IMG/VR virus record: IMGVR_UViG_3300033067_000795 | Coordinates: 1-36,868 of that record | Length of the DNA stretch: 36,868 nt | DNA from: a virus | Taxonomy: Duplodnaviria; Caudoviricetes | Direction: 5' to 3' (one strand) | Shown here: positions 1-9,108 of the stretch, piece by piece | Position numbering within the stretch: position 1 is the stretch's first letter | How the letters are laid out: each line of letters opens with the position of its first letter | Position numbers and translations under genes: made by a program | The notes under the pieces: model-generated | Told to the model about the DNA's origin: nothing | Database searches by the model: none | Seen by the model: only the letters and a program-made list of their open reading frames with translations

Positions 1-19
1 GGTAATGCGAGCCGCCCTG
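1..19 (+). other. cosN-like site, left part: putative 12-nt cohesive end GGTAATGCGAGC (1-12) followed by CGCCCTG
   Basis: CGCCCTG (13-19) is the exact reverse complement of the last 7 nt of the window (CAGGGCG); lies just upstream of terS; terminase is lambda gpA type. Confidence 0.75.
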
Positions 20-56
20 TCGGACTGTTGCACGACCTCCCTAAGGGGGTTGTATT

Positions 57-605
57 GTGCTGATCGACACCGAGGCCAAGGCCACCCAGGCCGTGATCGG
101 GCAGCTGGTCGGGGTGTCCCAGCAGGCCATCAGCGCGCTGGTCAACGACGGCAAGATCCCGGCGACCGGGACGGTCGGCGCTGTGCTGGTCGCCTACTGC
201 GAGCGCCTGCGCGAACAGGCCGCCGGCCGCATGGGCGAGGAGGCTGGCGGGCTCGACCTGGTGCAGGAGCGCGCCGCCCTGGCCAGGTCGCAGCGCATCG
301 CCCAGGACCTGAAGAACGACATCGCCCGCGGCGAGTACGCGCCCATCGGCTTGCTGACCGACGTGCTGGCCACGGCCGGCGCGGCGGTGGTCGATCGCTT
401 CGAGCAGCTCGAGGGCGCGCTGCGCAAGGCCTGCCCGGATCTGCCCGACGAGGCGCGCACCACGGTCATGACCGTCATTGCCAGCGCCCGCAACGAATGG
501 ATCCGCTCGACCGCGCAGCTGGTGGACCGCAGCCTGGACGAGTTGCTCGCCCAGCAGGCCGACGACGACCAGGTCGACGGCTTCACGATGGACGACCAGG
601 ACTGA
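57..605 (+). CDS. terS: Terminase small subunit (lambda Nu1-like)
   Basis: N-terminal winged HTH (TQAVIGQLVGVSQQAISAL), coiled coil (ERAALARSQRIAQDLKN); stop overlaps terL start (TGATG). Confidence 0.88.
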   Translation: MLIDTEAKATQAVIGQLVGVSQQAISALVNDGKIPATGTVGAVLVAYCERLREQAAGRMGEEAGGLDLVQERAALARSQRIAQDLKNDIARGEYAPIGLLTDVLATAGAAVVDRFEQLEGALRKACPDLPDEARTTVMTVIASARNEWIRSTAQLVDRSLDELLAQQADDDQVDGFTMDDQD

Positions 606-2632
606 TGCTTCACCAGCGCACCGCCGCCGCGATTAAGGCTGCCGCCCGGCTCGGGCTCGACAGCCTGCGCGCCGACGTGCCGCAGCGACTGAGTGACTGG
701 GCGGCGCAGCACTTCCAGCTGGCGGGGGAGTCGAGCCACCAGAAGGGCGCCTGGGAGGCCTGGGCCTTCCAGCTCGGCATCCTCGACTTCATGAGCGACG
801 ACCGGATCGAGGGGCTGGCCGTCATGAAGTCCAAGCGCGTGGGCTACACCAAGATGGTCACGGCGTTCATCGCCTACAACATCGCGCACCGGCGCCGCAA
901 GCAGGCGCTCTGGCAGCCGACCGACGACGACCGCGACAGCTACGTCAAGAGCGAGATCGAACCCGTGCTCGACCTGGTCGACGCGGTGCGGTGCATGCGC
1001 AAGCAGGGCAAGGGCGTCGAGGACACGATCAAGTTCAAGCAGTTCCGGGGTTCGGTGCTGCACCTGCTGGGCGGCAAGGCCGCGCGCGCCTACCGCCGCA
1101 TCACGGTCGCGGTGGCCATCCTGGACGAGTGGGACGGCTTCGACCAGCAGGTCGAGAAGTCGGGCGACCCGGGCGGCCTGGCCAAGGGTCGCCTCGAGGG
1201 CGCGCCTTACCCCAAGTTCGTCGGCGGCACCACGCCTCGCATCAAGGGTCTGAGCCATGTCGAGCGCGCTGCCGACAACGCCGAGGGCATGGTGCGCTTC
1301 CACATCGACTGCCCGCACTGCGGCGCCGATCACCCGCTGCTGTGGGGCGGCAAGGACAAGCTGCACGGCTTCAAGTGGGAGCGCGGCCAGCCCGAGACGG
1401 TGCGCCACGCCTGCCCGCACTGCCACGGCAGCATCACGCAGGCCGATTACCTCAAGGGCGGCCAGCCCATGGCGGGCGCCTGGGTCTGCAGCAAGACCGG
1501 CAAGCGCTACGGCGTCGATCGCGTCTGGCGCGACCGGGCCGGCATGCCGACGCGCCCGCCGCGCACGCTGGGTGTCCATGTCTGGGCGGCCTACAGCCCG
1601 CAGCGCAGCTGGGCCAGCATCGTGCCCGAGTTCGAGCAGGCGCTGGCGGCGCTGGAGCGCGGCGACGTCGGCCCGATGCAGCTGTTCGTCAACGAGACGC
1701 TGGGCGAAACCTGGGAGCTGGCCGGCGAACGCACCGACGAGCATGCGCTGCAGGCCCGCGCCGAGGACTACCCGCTGTGCACCGTGCCAGCCGGCGCCCT
1801 GGTGCTGACGGCCGGCATCGACCTGCAGCGCAACCGCTGGGAGATTGCCGTCTGGGCCTGGGGCCGGGGGCTGGAGAGCTGGGTGGTCGACCACCGCATC
1901 ATCGAGGGCAACCCGGCCAGCGAGGAGGAATGGGAGCGCGTCACCATCTACCTGCAGCGCCGCTACCTGCAGGCCTGGCACGGCGGCAGCCTGGGGATCA
2001 GCGCGATCAGCATCGACTCGTCGGACCAGACGCAGGCGGTCTACAACTGGGTGCGCGCGAACCAGACACGCCTGCCGGCGCTGCGGGCGATCAAGGGGTC
2101 GAGCGAGGAGCACAAACCGGTGCTGGGCCCCAGCAGCAGCCAGGAGGTCAACTGGCGCGGCCAGAAGTGGCCCAACGGCGTCAAGCTGTGGAGCGTTGGC
2201 GTGGACACCGCCAAGGACCTGCTGCTGGGCCAGCTGGCGATCGAGCAGCCCGGGCCGGGTTACGTCCACTTCAGCCGCGAGCTGCCGCGCGAGTGGTTCG
2301 AGCAGCTGACGGCCGAACAGCGCATCCTGGCCAAGCACAACGGGCGCGACACCTACAAGTGGGTCAAGCGCCGCCCGCGCAATGAGGTGCTGGACTGCCG
2401 CAACTACGCGCTGCACGCGGCCTTCGGCCTGGGGCTGCACAACCACACCGACCGCCGCTGGCAGCAGATCGAGCAGGCGGTGCAGCCGCCGGCGGATCTG
2501 TTCTCGATGCCGGTTGCCGACCAGTCTTCCACCCCCATTCTGGCTCTGGCTAAGCCCCAGCCTTCTGCCACTCAACCAGAACCATCTCAACGTCGCCAGC
2601 CGTCAGCGCCGGCGTTTGCGCGCAGCTGGTGA
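605..2632 (+). CDS. terL: Terminase large subunit, lambda gpA family
   Basis: KSKRVGYTK Walker A (lambda KSARVGYSK-like), VAILDEWD Walker B, GGTTP, two CPHC zinc motifs, GIDLQ nuclease Asp, RNEVLDC; true start is ATG 605, not the ORF-track start at 5. Confidence 0.96.
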   Translation: MLHQRTAAAIKAAARLGLDSLRADVPQRLSDWAAQHFQLAGESSHQKGAWEAWAFQLGILDFMSDDRIEGLAVMKSKRVGYTKMVTAFIAYNIAHRRRKQALWQPTDDDRDSYVKSEIEPVLDLVDAVRCMRKQGKGVEDTIKFKQFRGSVLHLLGGKAARAYRRITVAVAILDEWDGFDQQVEKSGDPGGLAKGRLEGAPYPKFVGGTTPRIKGLSHVERAADNAEGMVRFHIDCPHCGADHPLLWGGKDKLHGFKWERGQPETVRHACPHCHGSITQADYLKGGQPMAGAWVCSKTGKRYGVDRVWRDRAGMPTRPPRTLGVHVWAAYSPQRSWASIVPEFEQALAALERGDVGPMQLFVNETLGETWELAGERTDEHALQARAEDYPLCTVPAGALVLTAGIDLQRNRWEIAVWAWGRGLESWVVDHRIIEGNPASEEEWERVTIYLQRRYLQAWHGGSLGISAISIDSSDQTQAVYNWVRANQTRLPALRAIKGSSEEHKPVLGPSSSQEVNWRGQKWPNGVKLWSVGVDTAKDLLLGQLAIEQPGPGYVHFSRELPREWFEQLTAEQRILAKHNGRDTYKWVKRRPRNEVLDCRNYALHAAFGLGLHNHTDRRWQQIEQAVQPPADLFSMPVADQSSTPILALAKPQPSATQPEPSQRRQPSAPAFARSW

Positions 2633-2659
2633 TCGCTTATCCCTAACTCGTTACGCCTC

Positions 2660-3001
2660 ATGTCAGAAACCACGCCGCTGTTTGATGCCGAGCCCGACCT
2701 GGTGGATCGCATCTTCGATTACATCGCGCAGGAGCTGCCCGAAGTGTCCGGCAGTGTGTGCCACTTGAAACTGAAGGTGCGCGCCGAGTTCAGGGGGGAG
2801 GAGTGCTACATCGCAGGCCGCCCGGCCACGGCACGACAGCAGCAGGTCGCGCAAGTGCTGGCCCTGTTCAACGGCCGCAATGCCAGCGAAGTGGCGCGGC
2901 GTCTTGGAATCAGCCGCCGCACGGTGTACCGAACCATCAAGCAACCTGGCGAGGTGAAAACTGTGCCAGCTTTCCGGGAAATGGCACAGCCGCGCGGCTA
3001 G
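2660..3001 (+). CDS. Mor/C-family transcription activator (C-terminal HTH), probable late-gene activator
   Basis: EFRGEECYI ... FNGRNASEVARRLGISRRTVYRTIK resembles the Mu Mor/C family pattern. Confidence 0.75.
   Translation: MSETTPLFDAEPDLVDRIFDYIAQELPEVSGSVCHLKLKVRAEFRGEECYIAGRPATARQQQVAQVLALFNGRNASEVARRLGISRRTVYRTIKQPGEVKTVPAFREMAQPRG
2961..2989 (+). promoter_or_regulatory. Inverted repeat TGTGCCA-N13-TGGCACA, copy 1 (putative late activator site upstream of gpW/portal)
   Basis: CTGTGCCA gctttccgggaaa TGGCACAG; same architecture at 4719-4746. Confidence 0.7.
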
Positions 3002-3026
3002 TTTGTCCGAATGGATAGGAAACAGC

Positions 3027-3236
3027 ATGGCACTCACATCACAAGACATTGACAACCTGGACGCCGCCATTGCCACCGGAGAACTCGAGGTGGAAGTCAG
3101 CGGGCGCCGCGTCAAGTACCGCAGCATCTCAGAGCTCAAGGCCGCGCGCGAGCACGTGGCCAGCGTGCTGCAGCGCGATGCCAGCACACCGCGTCGCGGG
3201 GTCTACCGCGTCAACTTCTCGACCTCTAGGGACTGA
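3027..3236 (+). CDS. Head-tail joining protein (gpW-like)
   Basis: IDNLDAAIATGELEVEVSGRRVKYRSISELKAA motif; position between terL and portal; AGGA RBS. Confidence 0.88.
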   Translation: MALTSQDIDNLDAAIATGELEVEVSGRRVKYRSISELKAAREHVASVLQRDASTPRRGVYRVNFSTSRD

Positions 3237-3238
3237 GC

Positions 3239-4711
3239 ATGGCCAACATCGTCGACCGCCTGATCGGCATCTTCAACCCGGTGGCTGGCCTGCGCCGCCA
3301 TACTGCCCGCGAGCTGCTGGTCCGCGCCTACGAGGGGGCCAGCCGGCGTGACGGCTGGAGGCCCAAGCGAGCCGGCGCCAGTGCCAACACCGACCATGCC
3401 ATGGATTCCGAGGAGCTGCGCGTGCGATCGCGCGCTCTGGTGCAGAACGTGCCGTACATCGCGCGCGGCCTGGGATCGCTGGTGGCCAACGTGATCGGCA
3501 CCGGCATCGTGCCGCGCAGCCTGAGCCCGCAGGCCGCTAGGATCGATGCCATCTGGGACGAGTGGGTCAAGGTGGCGGATGCCGATGGCCGCCTGGATCT
3601 GTACGGACTGCAGGCCGCCGCCTACCGTGCCATGGAGCAAGATGGCGAGGTGCTGATCCGCCTGCGCACACGCCGCCCCGAGGATGGACTGCCGGTTCCG
3701 CTGCAACTGCAGCTGCTGGAAATCGATTGGCTCGACACCAGCAAGACCGGCACCAACGGCGGCAACGACATCACCAGCGGCATCGAGCGCGACCCGCTGG
3801 GCCGCGTGGTGGCCTACTGGCTGTTCGATCAGCACCCGGGCGAGCTGGTGCGCAAGCGCCGCGGCCGCTCGGCCAGCTATCCGGTGCCCGCCTCGAGCAT
3901 CATCCACCTGTTCAACCCCGAGCGCCCAGGCCAGGGGCGCGGCGTGGGTCGACTGGCGCCGGTGATCGCCCGCGTGCGCGATCTGCAGGTCTACGAGGAC
4001 GCCGAACTGCAGCGCAAGAACCTGGAGACCCGTCTGTCCGTGCTGGCCAGCGGCGACCCTGCGGCCATGGGCAGCTTCGACCCCAACGACCAGCGCTCCG
4101 AGGCCGAGATCCGGCGAGACGGCAGCCTGGGCTCGCTGGCGGGCGGTGGCATCGTCCAGGTGCCCAGCGGCCTGAACCTGACCGTGGTCGAGCCCAAGGC
4201 AGCGCCGGGCTATGTCGAGTACGTCAAGCACCAGCTGCACCTGATCGCCGCCGGAATGGGCGTGACCTACGAGATGCTGACCGGCGACGTGCGGGAGGTG
4301 AACTTCAGCAGCGCGCGCGTGGCCATGCTCGAATTCCGTCGCAATGCCGAGCAGCTGCAGTGGCTGCTGCTGATACCCAAGCTGTGCGAGCCGATCTGGC
4401 GCGCCTTCCTGCAGGCACTGGAGCTGACCGGATCCGTGTCGGGGCGCGTCAGCCTGGCCTGCGACTGGTCGACGCCCAAGTGGGACTACGTCAACCCGGT
4501 GCAGGACGTGGCAGCCGACCTGGACGAGATCAGCGGCGGCTTGAGCAGCATCAGCGAAAAGCTGCGCCGCCGGGGCTACAAGCCCGATCTGGTGTTCCAG
4601 GAGCTCAAGAGCGACATGGAGCGCCTGCAGGCCGACGGCACGCTGGACCTGCTGCTGATGCTGCAAAAGGGGCGCACCATGGGCATGGCGCAAGCGCAAA
4701 GCAAGACCTGA
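3239..4711 (+). CDS. Portal protein, lambda family
   Basis: YEGA, LRVRSRALVQN, PGQGRG, GVTYEMLTGD..VNFSSAR, W..P.WDYVNP motifs. Confidence 0.95.
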   Translation: MANIVDRLIGIFNPVAGLRRHTARELLVRAYEGASRRDGWRPKRAGASANTDHAMDSEELRVRSRALVQNVPYIARGLGSLVANVIGTGIVPRSLSPQAARIDAIWDEWVKVADADGRLDLYGLQAAAYRAMEQDGEVLIRLRTRRPEDGLPVPLQLQLLEIDWLDTSKTGTNGGNDITSGIERDPLGRVVAYWLFDQHPGELVRKRRGRSASYPVPASSIIHLFNPERPGQGRGVGRLAPVIARVRDLQVYEDAELQRKNLETRLSVLASGDPAAMGSFDPNDQRSEAEIRRDGSLGSLAGGGIVQVPSGLNLTVVEPKAAPGYVEYVKHQLHLIAAGMGVTYEMLTGDVREVNFSSARVAMLEFRRNAEQLQWLLLIPKLCEPIWRAFLQALELTGSVSGRVSLACDWSTPKWDYVNPVQDVAADLDEISGGLSSISEKLRRRGYKPDLVFQELKSDMERLQADGTLDLLLMLQKGRTMGMAQAQSKT

Positions 4712-4718
4712 TGCAAGT

Positions 4719-4746
4719 TGTGCCAGTTTTCCTGAACTTGGCACAG
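4719..4746 (+). promoter_or_regulatory. Inverted repeat TGTGCCA-N13-TGGCACA, copy 2 (upstream of protease-capsid gene)
   Basis: TGTGCCA gttttcctgaact TGGCACAG in the portal-capsid intergenic gap. Confidence 0.7.
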
Positions 4747-4768
4747 TTCAATCTGCACGATAGGCGGC

Positions 4769-6874
4769 ATGAGCAAAGCCACCGCATCAACCGCCGCCAC
4801 CCGTCGCCAGGAACTGCCGATTGCCGGCCGTGCGATGGAAGTGCGCAACTTCACCCGCGCTGCGCCCGGCGCCAACGAGAGCGCGCCGCCCGCCACGGCG
4901 GAAATCGTGTTCTCGGCCGGCGCCGCAGTCCGCCGCTATGACTACTGGCGCGAGCGCGCCTACAACGAGGTCCTGGTCGTCGATGACACCGCCATCCGGA
5001 TGGACCGCTTCAATCGCGGTATTCCGCTGCTGAACACCCACAGCGCATGGGACCTCGAGGATCAGCTCGGCGTTGTCGAAGACCCCAAGATCGAAGGCGG
5101 TCGCGGCATTGCCACTGCCACCTTCAGCCGCCGCGACTCCGTCGCCGGAGTGGTCCAGGACGTGGCGGACGGAATCATCCGCAGCGTCTCGGTCGGTTAC
5201 GTCCGTCACCGTGTCGAGATGGTGCCGCCCGAAAACGACGGCGAGCTCTGGACCTACCGCGTGATCGACTGGGAGCCGATGGAGGTATCCCTGGTGCCGA
5301 TCCCGGCCGACATGGACAGCCAGATTTTGCGCTCTGCCGGCGGTCAGCCTGATGGCACCGACGAGCGGCAGCTGCGCCACTACCCGTGCGAGTTCTTCGA
5401 GCTCGCCACACGAAATGCGCCCACGGCGGGCCCGTCAGCCGGAATCCCTACTCAACAAGGACGAAACATGCCTGGTCTCAACGACGATCTGAACCCCGCC
5501 GGTTCCACTGCTCCGGCTCAACCTGCGGCCACTGCGCAGCCGGCTGTCGCCCAGCGCGCGGCCGATCCGGCTCCTGACGCTGCTGCCATCCTGCAGCGCG
5601 CCGCCGACATCACCGACCTGTGTGCCCGCCACGGCACGCCGCAGCTGGCCTCCGGCCTGATCAAGGCCAACAGCTCGGTCGACCAGGCGCGATCCGCCAT
5701 CCTGGACGAGCTGGTCAAGCGCGACGCCGCCATGGGTGGTCACCGCAACGTGCGCGGCGTCGAGACCGTGCAGGACGAGATGCAGGTCCGCATGGCTGGC
5801 ATCGAACAGGCCATCCTGCACCGCGTTGCCGCCAGCACCCAGCTCGACGACAACGGCCGCCAGTACCGTGGCATGTCGCTGCTCGAGATGGGCCGCGACT
5901 TCCTGGAGGCACATGGCGTCAACACCCGTGGCATGGACCGCCTCAACCTGGCCACCCGCATGCTGCACTTCCGTGCCGGCGGCGCGCATGGCACCAGCGA
6001 CTTCCCCAGCCTGTTTGCCAACGTCGCCAACAAGCGTCTGCGCGGCGCCTACGACGAGAACCCCGGCACCTATGCGCTGTGGGCCCGACGCGCCCCGAAC
6101 GCCCCAGACTTCAAGTCCATCCAGGTCACCAGCCTGTCGGGCGCACCGGCCCTGCTGCAGACCAACGAGCACGGCGAATTCAAGTACGGCTCGATGTCCG
6201 ACGGCAAGGAAACCTACCAGGTCATCACCTACGGCCGCATCGTGTCGCTGACCCGTCAGGCCATCATCAACGACGACCTGCGCGCCTTCGACCGCCTGGT
6301 GACCGCCTTCGGCTTCAGCGCCCGCCGCCTGGAAAACCGCCTGGTTTACTCGCAGCTGACCGACAACGCCAACCTGGGCGACGGCACCGCGCTGTTCCAT
6401 GCCAACCACGCCAACCTGGGCACCGGTGCCGGCTCGGCCCTGCAGCTGTCGGCCCTGAGCGCTGGCCGCACCGCGATGCGCCTGCAGAAGGGTCTGGCCA
6501 ACGAGGAGCTCAACCTGTCGCCGTCCTACCTGATCGTGCCGGCCGCCCTCGAGGCGACTGCCTATCAGCTGACCAGCGCCAACTACGTGCCGGCCAAGCT
6601 GACGGATACCAACGAGTTCCGTGCCGGCGGCCGCACCAGCGTCGAGCCGATCGTCGAGCCGATCCTGGATGGCATCAGCTCCACCGCCTGGTACCTGGCG
6701 GCCAACAGCGGCCAGGTCGACACGGTCGAGTACTGCTACCTGGACGGCGCCGAAGGCCCTGTGATCGAGTCCGAGGTGGGCTTCGAGGTCGACGGCGTTT
6801 CGTACAAGTGCCGCGAGGACTTCGCCGCCAAGGCGATCGACTACCGCGGCCTCTACAAGGGCGCCGGCGCCTGA
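4769..6874 (+). CDS. Prohead protease fused to major capsid protein (Mu gpT-like capsid domain)
   Basis: N-terminal PLLNTH, SVSVGY, WEPMEVSLVPIPAD protease motifs; Ala/Pro linker; C-terminal TSDFPSLF, TYGRIVSLTRQAIINDDL, AKAIDYRGLYK capsid motifs. Confidence 0.93.
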   Translation: MSKATASTAATRRQELPIAGRAMEVRNFTRAAPGANESAPPATAEIVFSAGAAVRRYDYWRERAYNEVLVVDDTAIRMDRFNRGIPLLNTHSAWDLEDQLGVVEDPKIEGGRGIATATFSRRDSVAGVVQDVADGIIRSVSVGYVRHRVEMVPPENDGELWTYRVIDWEPMEVSLVPIPADMDSQILRSAGGQPDGTDERQLRHYPCEFFELATRNAPTAGPSAGIPTQQGRNMPGLNDDLNPAGSTAPAQPAATAQPAVAQRAADPAPDAAAILQRAADITDLCARHGTPQLASGLIKANSSVDQARSAILDELVKRDAAMGGHRNVRGVETVQDEMQVRMAGIEQAILHRVAASTQLDDNGRQYRGMSLLEMGRDFLEAHGVNTRGMDRLNLATRMLHFRAGGAHGTSDFPSLFANVANKRLRGAYDENPGTYALWARRAPNAPDFKSIQVTSLSGAPALLQTNEHGEFKYGSMSDGKETYQVITYGRIVSLTRQAIINDDLRAFDRLVTAFGFSARRLENRLVYSQLTDNANLGDGTALFHANHANLGTGAGSALQLSALSAGRTAMRLQKGLANEELNLSPSYLIVPAALEATAYQLTSANYVPAKLTDTNEFRAGGRTSVEPIVEPILDGISSTAWYLAANSGQVDTVEYCYLDGAEGPVIESEVGFEVDGVSYKCREDFAAKAIDYRGLYKGAGA

Positions 6875-6882
6875 TGAGTCAA

Positions 6883-6903
6883 CGCCCCGCCAGCCGGCGG
6901 GGC
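6883..6903 (+). other. GC-rich hairpin after capsid gene (attenuator or mRNA stabiliser)
   Basis: GCCCCGCC-agcc-GGCGGGGC, no U-tract. Confidence 0.45.
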
Positions 6904-6930
6904 TGATCCTACCTTTCCAGGAGATTTCAC

Positions 6931-7263
6931 ATGAAGAACCAAGTGCAAGACGGCGACGTCATCACCGTGACCGCCCCCTATACCGTCACCTCTGGCCAGG
7001 GCTGCCAGGTCGGTGCCGCCCTGTTCGGCATCGCCTCCGGAGACGCCGCCAGCGGCGCCACGATCGAGCTGCAGATGGAGGGTGTCTATGACGTCACCGC
7101 GCTGTCCACTGACACGGCTGCCGTCGGCGATCTGCTGTACTGGGACAACACCAACAAGCGCCTGACCACGACCGCCACCAACAACCTGAAGGTGGGGGTG
7201 GCTGTGGCCGCCAAGGCTGCAGCTGCGACCACTGCCCGCATCCTGCTGAACGAGGCGCGCTGA
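6931..7263 (+). CDS. DUF2190-family capsid cement/decoration protein
   Basis: MKNQVQDG..ITVTAP, GDLLYWD motifs; follows MCP; AGGAG RBS. Confidence 0.88.
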   Translation: MKNQVQDGDVITVTAPYTVTSGQGCQVGAALFGIASGDAASGATIELQMEGVYDVTALSTDTAAVGDLLYWDNTNKRLTTTATNNLKVGVAVAAKAAAATTARILLNEAR

Positions 7264-7276
7264 GCGCTGACTGGCC

Positions 7277-7582
7277 GTGGCACCTCGCTTCGCCGACCTG
7301 GAATCCCGCGTCAGCGGCGCGGTGTTCGCGCACCTGTCCAACGCCGTCGCGACCTTCGACGATGGCCGCACGGTGGATGGCATCTTCGACCAGCCCTATG
7401 CGCTGAGCAATGTCGGAATTGGCATGGCCGGGGTGCAGCCGGTGTTCACGACTGCTACCGCTGAAATTGTCGGCGAGGCCGTAGGGCAGACGTTGTGGAT
7501 CAACTCCATGGCATACGTCGTGGCGGCCCATGAGCCAGACGGCACCGGAATCAGCCGCCTCCTGCTGGAGGCGCTGGTGTGA
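7277..7582 (+). CDS. Head-tail joining/closure protein
   Basis: VDGIFD..Y and EPDGTGISRLLLE motifs; synteny. Confidence 0.75.
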   Translation: MAPRFADLESRVSGAVFAHLSNAVATFDDGRTVDGIFDQPYALSNVGIGMAGVQPVFTTATAEIVGEAVGQTLWINSMAYVVAAHEPDGTGISRLLLEALV

Positions 7583-8001
7583 GCATTGTCAATGCCGTCA
7601 TGACTGCAGCGGTTTCCGCCTTGGCTGGCGTGGCGCCCCAGGTTGGCCGGGTTCGCCTGCGCCCACTGAGCGCCTCATCCTCCAGTGCCGTGGTGGTTCG
7701 CCCTATGCAGACCGAGGTACTGCAGACCGAGGCGCTGGCTGGTTTTCCGATCAGCTGGAACACGGCTTTTGCTGTCGATTGCTATGCGCGGTCCACCTCG
7801 CAAGTGGCCGCTGACGCATCCATTGACGAACTGGTGACATCCGTTTACCGGCGGCTCATGGATGACCCGACCCTAGGGGGCGCAGTTGTGGTGTTGCAAC
7901 CGCAAATGCTCTCCTACGATTTTGACGTGGACGGCGAGCAGACCGCTTGCGCCACGTTTGTCTTTCTTGCCCGTCAGCGCACGACGGGCGCCAATTTCTG
8001 A
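7579..8001 (+). CDS. Putative tail terminator/completion protein
   Basis: DPTLGG motif; GTGA overlap; position before tail tube. Confidence 0.65.
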   Translation: MSIVNAVMTAAVSALAGVAPQVGRVRLRPLSASSSSAVVVRPMQTEVLQTEALAGFPISWNTAFAVDCYARSTSQVAADASIDELVTSVYRRLMDDPTLGGAVVVLQPQMLSYDFDVDGEQTACATFVFLARQRTTGANF

Positions 8002-8012
8002 GGAGCTGACAA

Positions 8013-8660
8013 ATGGCTTACTATTTCCCCGAGGGCTCGAAAATTTATTTTTCGAGCACGCTGGCAGCCGCCAAAACCGTGACTGCCGCCACCAATGCTG
8101 ACCCGTCCGTGCTGACGGCCACCGCGCACGGCTATTCCGATGGCGACGAGCTGCTGTTCACGTCGGGATGGGAGGATGCAACGGATTCGGTTTTCAAGGC
8201 CGACCAGCTGACCGCTGACACGTTGAGTTTGCTGGGCCTGAACACCACCGACACGAATTTTTACCCAGCAGGCACTGGTGCCGGCACGCTGCAGAAAATC
8301 AGCAACTGGACCGAAATCCCGCAGGTGGCCTCGATCAGCACCAATGGCGGCGACGCGCGTTTCACCACCATCACGCCGCTGGCGAAACGCAACGACATCA
8401 ACGTGCCGACGGGTTTCAACGCCATGTCGATGACGGTTTCGATGTATCACGATCCGTCGAATGCCAACTATCAGGCCATGCTGGTACTGGCCCGCTCGCT
8501 GAAAAAAGTGGCGTTCAAGCTGGTTCTGTCGGGCGGCGCTGTCGCCTACGGCTACGGCTATGTGTCGGTGTCCGAGGCTCCGACGCTGAACCGCAACCAG
8601 GCCAACCAGGTCAACGCCGCTCTCACCATGCTGGGTCGTTTCATCAGCTACGCCAGCTGA
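8013..8660 (+). CDS. Major tail tube protein (lambda gpV-like)
   Basis: TNADP.V.TATAHG, SGWE, W.EIPQV motifs; GAGGAG RBS. Confidence 0.88.
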   Translation: MAYYFPEGSKIYFSSTLAAAKTVTAATNADPSVLTATAHGYSDGDELLFTSGWEDATDSVFKADQLTADTLSLLGLNTTDTNFYPAGTGAGTLQKISNWTEIPQVASISTNGGDARFTTITPLAKRNDINVPTGFNAMSMTVSMYHDPSNANYQAMLVLARSLKKVAFKLVLSGGAVAYGYGYVSVSEAPTLNRNQANQVNAALTMLGRFISYAS

Positions 8661-8669
8661 TCGCTGAAT

Positions 8670-8729
8670 AGCGCGGCAGGGCGGTTTATGCCGCCTGACA
8701 GGTCGGCCCCGAGCCTGTCATGCCGCGCT
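8670..8729 (+). ncRNA. Three-way-junction structured element between tail tube and chaperone genes
   Basis: Outer stem AGCGCGGCA/TGCCGCGCT enclosing GGCGG/CCGCC and TGACAGG/CCTGTCA hairpins. Confidence 0.5.
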
Positions 8730-8772
8730 TCCAAACTCATCGGGCGTATCATTCACTTAATCGGGCAACATC

Positions 8773-9108
8773 ATGGCAATCAAAATCGAAATCGAGGACA
8801 TCACGCTTTTTCCTGTGACCGGGTTCATCCGCAACAGCAAGGGCGTCAACGAGAAATTCGATTTCCAGCTGAAAGCAAAACGCTTTCAATTGGATGAAGT
8901 ACAGGAGAAGCTGCGCGAGGATTCAGCCGAGACCATTTCCAGTTTCCTGCAGGAAGTTGTGATCGACTGGACTGGTGTCATGGACGCATCCAGCGCAAAA
9001 GTGCCTTTTTCGACCGACTCGCTCATGCAGTTGTTCAAAATCCCTGGAGTTGCCATGCTGGCCTTCCAGGCATACCTGCGCGAAATCGGAGCAAAGGAAA
9101 AAAACTGA
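8773..9108 (+). CDS. Tail assembly chaperone (gpG-like)
   Basis: Ends in ...GAKEKN with slippery GGAAAAAAAAC; position between tube and tape measure. Confidence 0.85.
   Translation: MAIKIEIEDITLFPVTGFIRNSKGVNEKFDFQLKAKRFQLDEVQEKLREDSAETISSFLQEVVIDWTGVMDASSAKVPFSTDSLMQLFKIPGVAMLAFQAYLREIGAKEKN
9099..9105 (+). other. -1 programmed ribosomal frameshift site (A AAA AAC)
   Basis: GAA AAA AAC TGA; the downstream ORF (9108) is in the -1 frame, as for lambda G/GT. Confidence 0.8.

Noticed and set aside
5-604. ORF-track N-terminal extension of terL (875 aa)
   Set aside because: Arg/Gly-rich shadow frame overlapping terS; the real start is the coupled ATG at 605
194-6409. Long antisense ORFs (194-2590, 3203-4744, 5435-6409) and similar overlapping frames elsewhere
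   Set aside because: Mirror frames of GC3-rich real genes with no motifs or RBS
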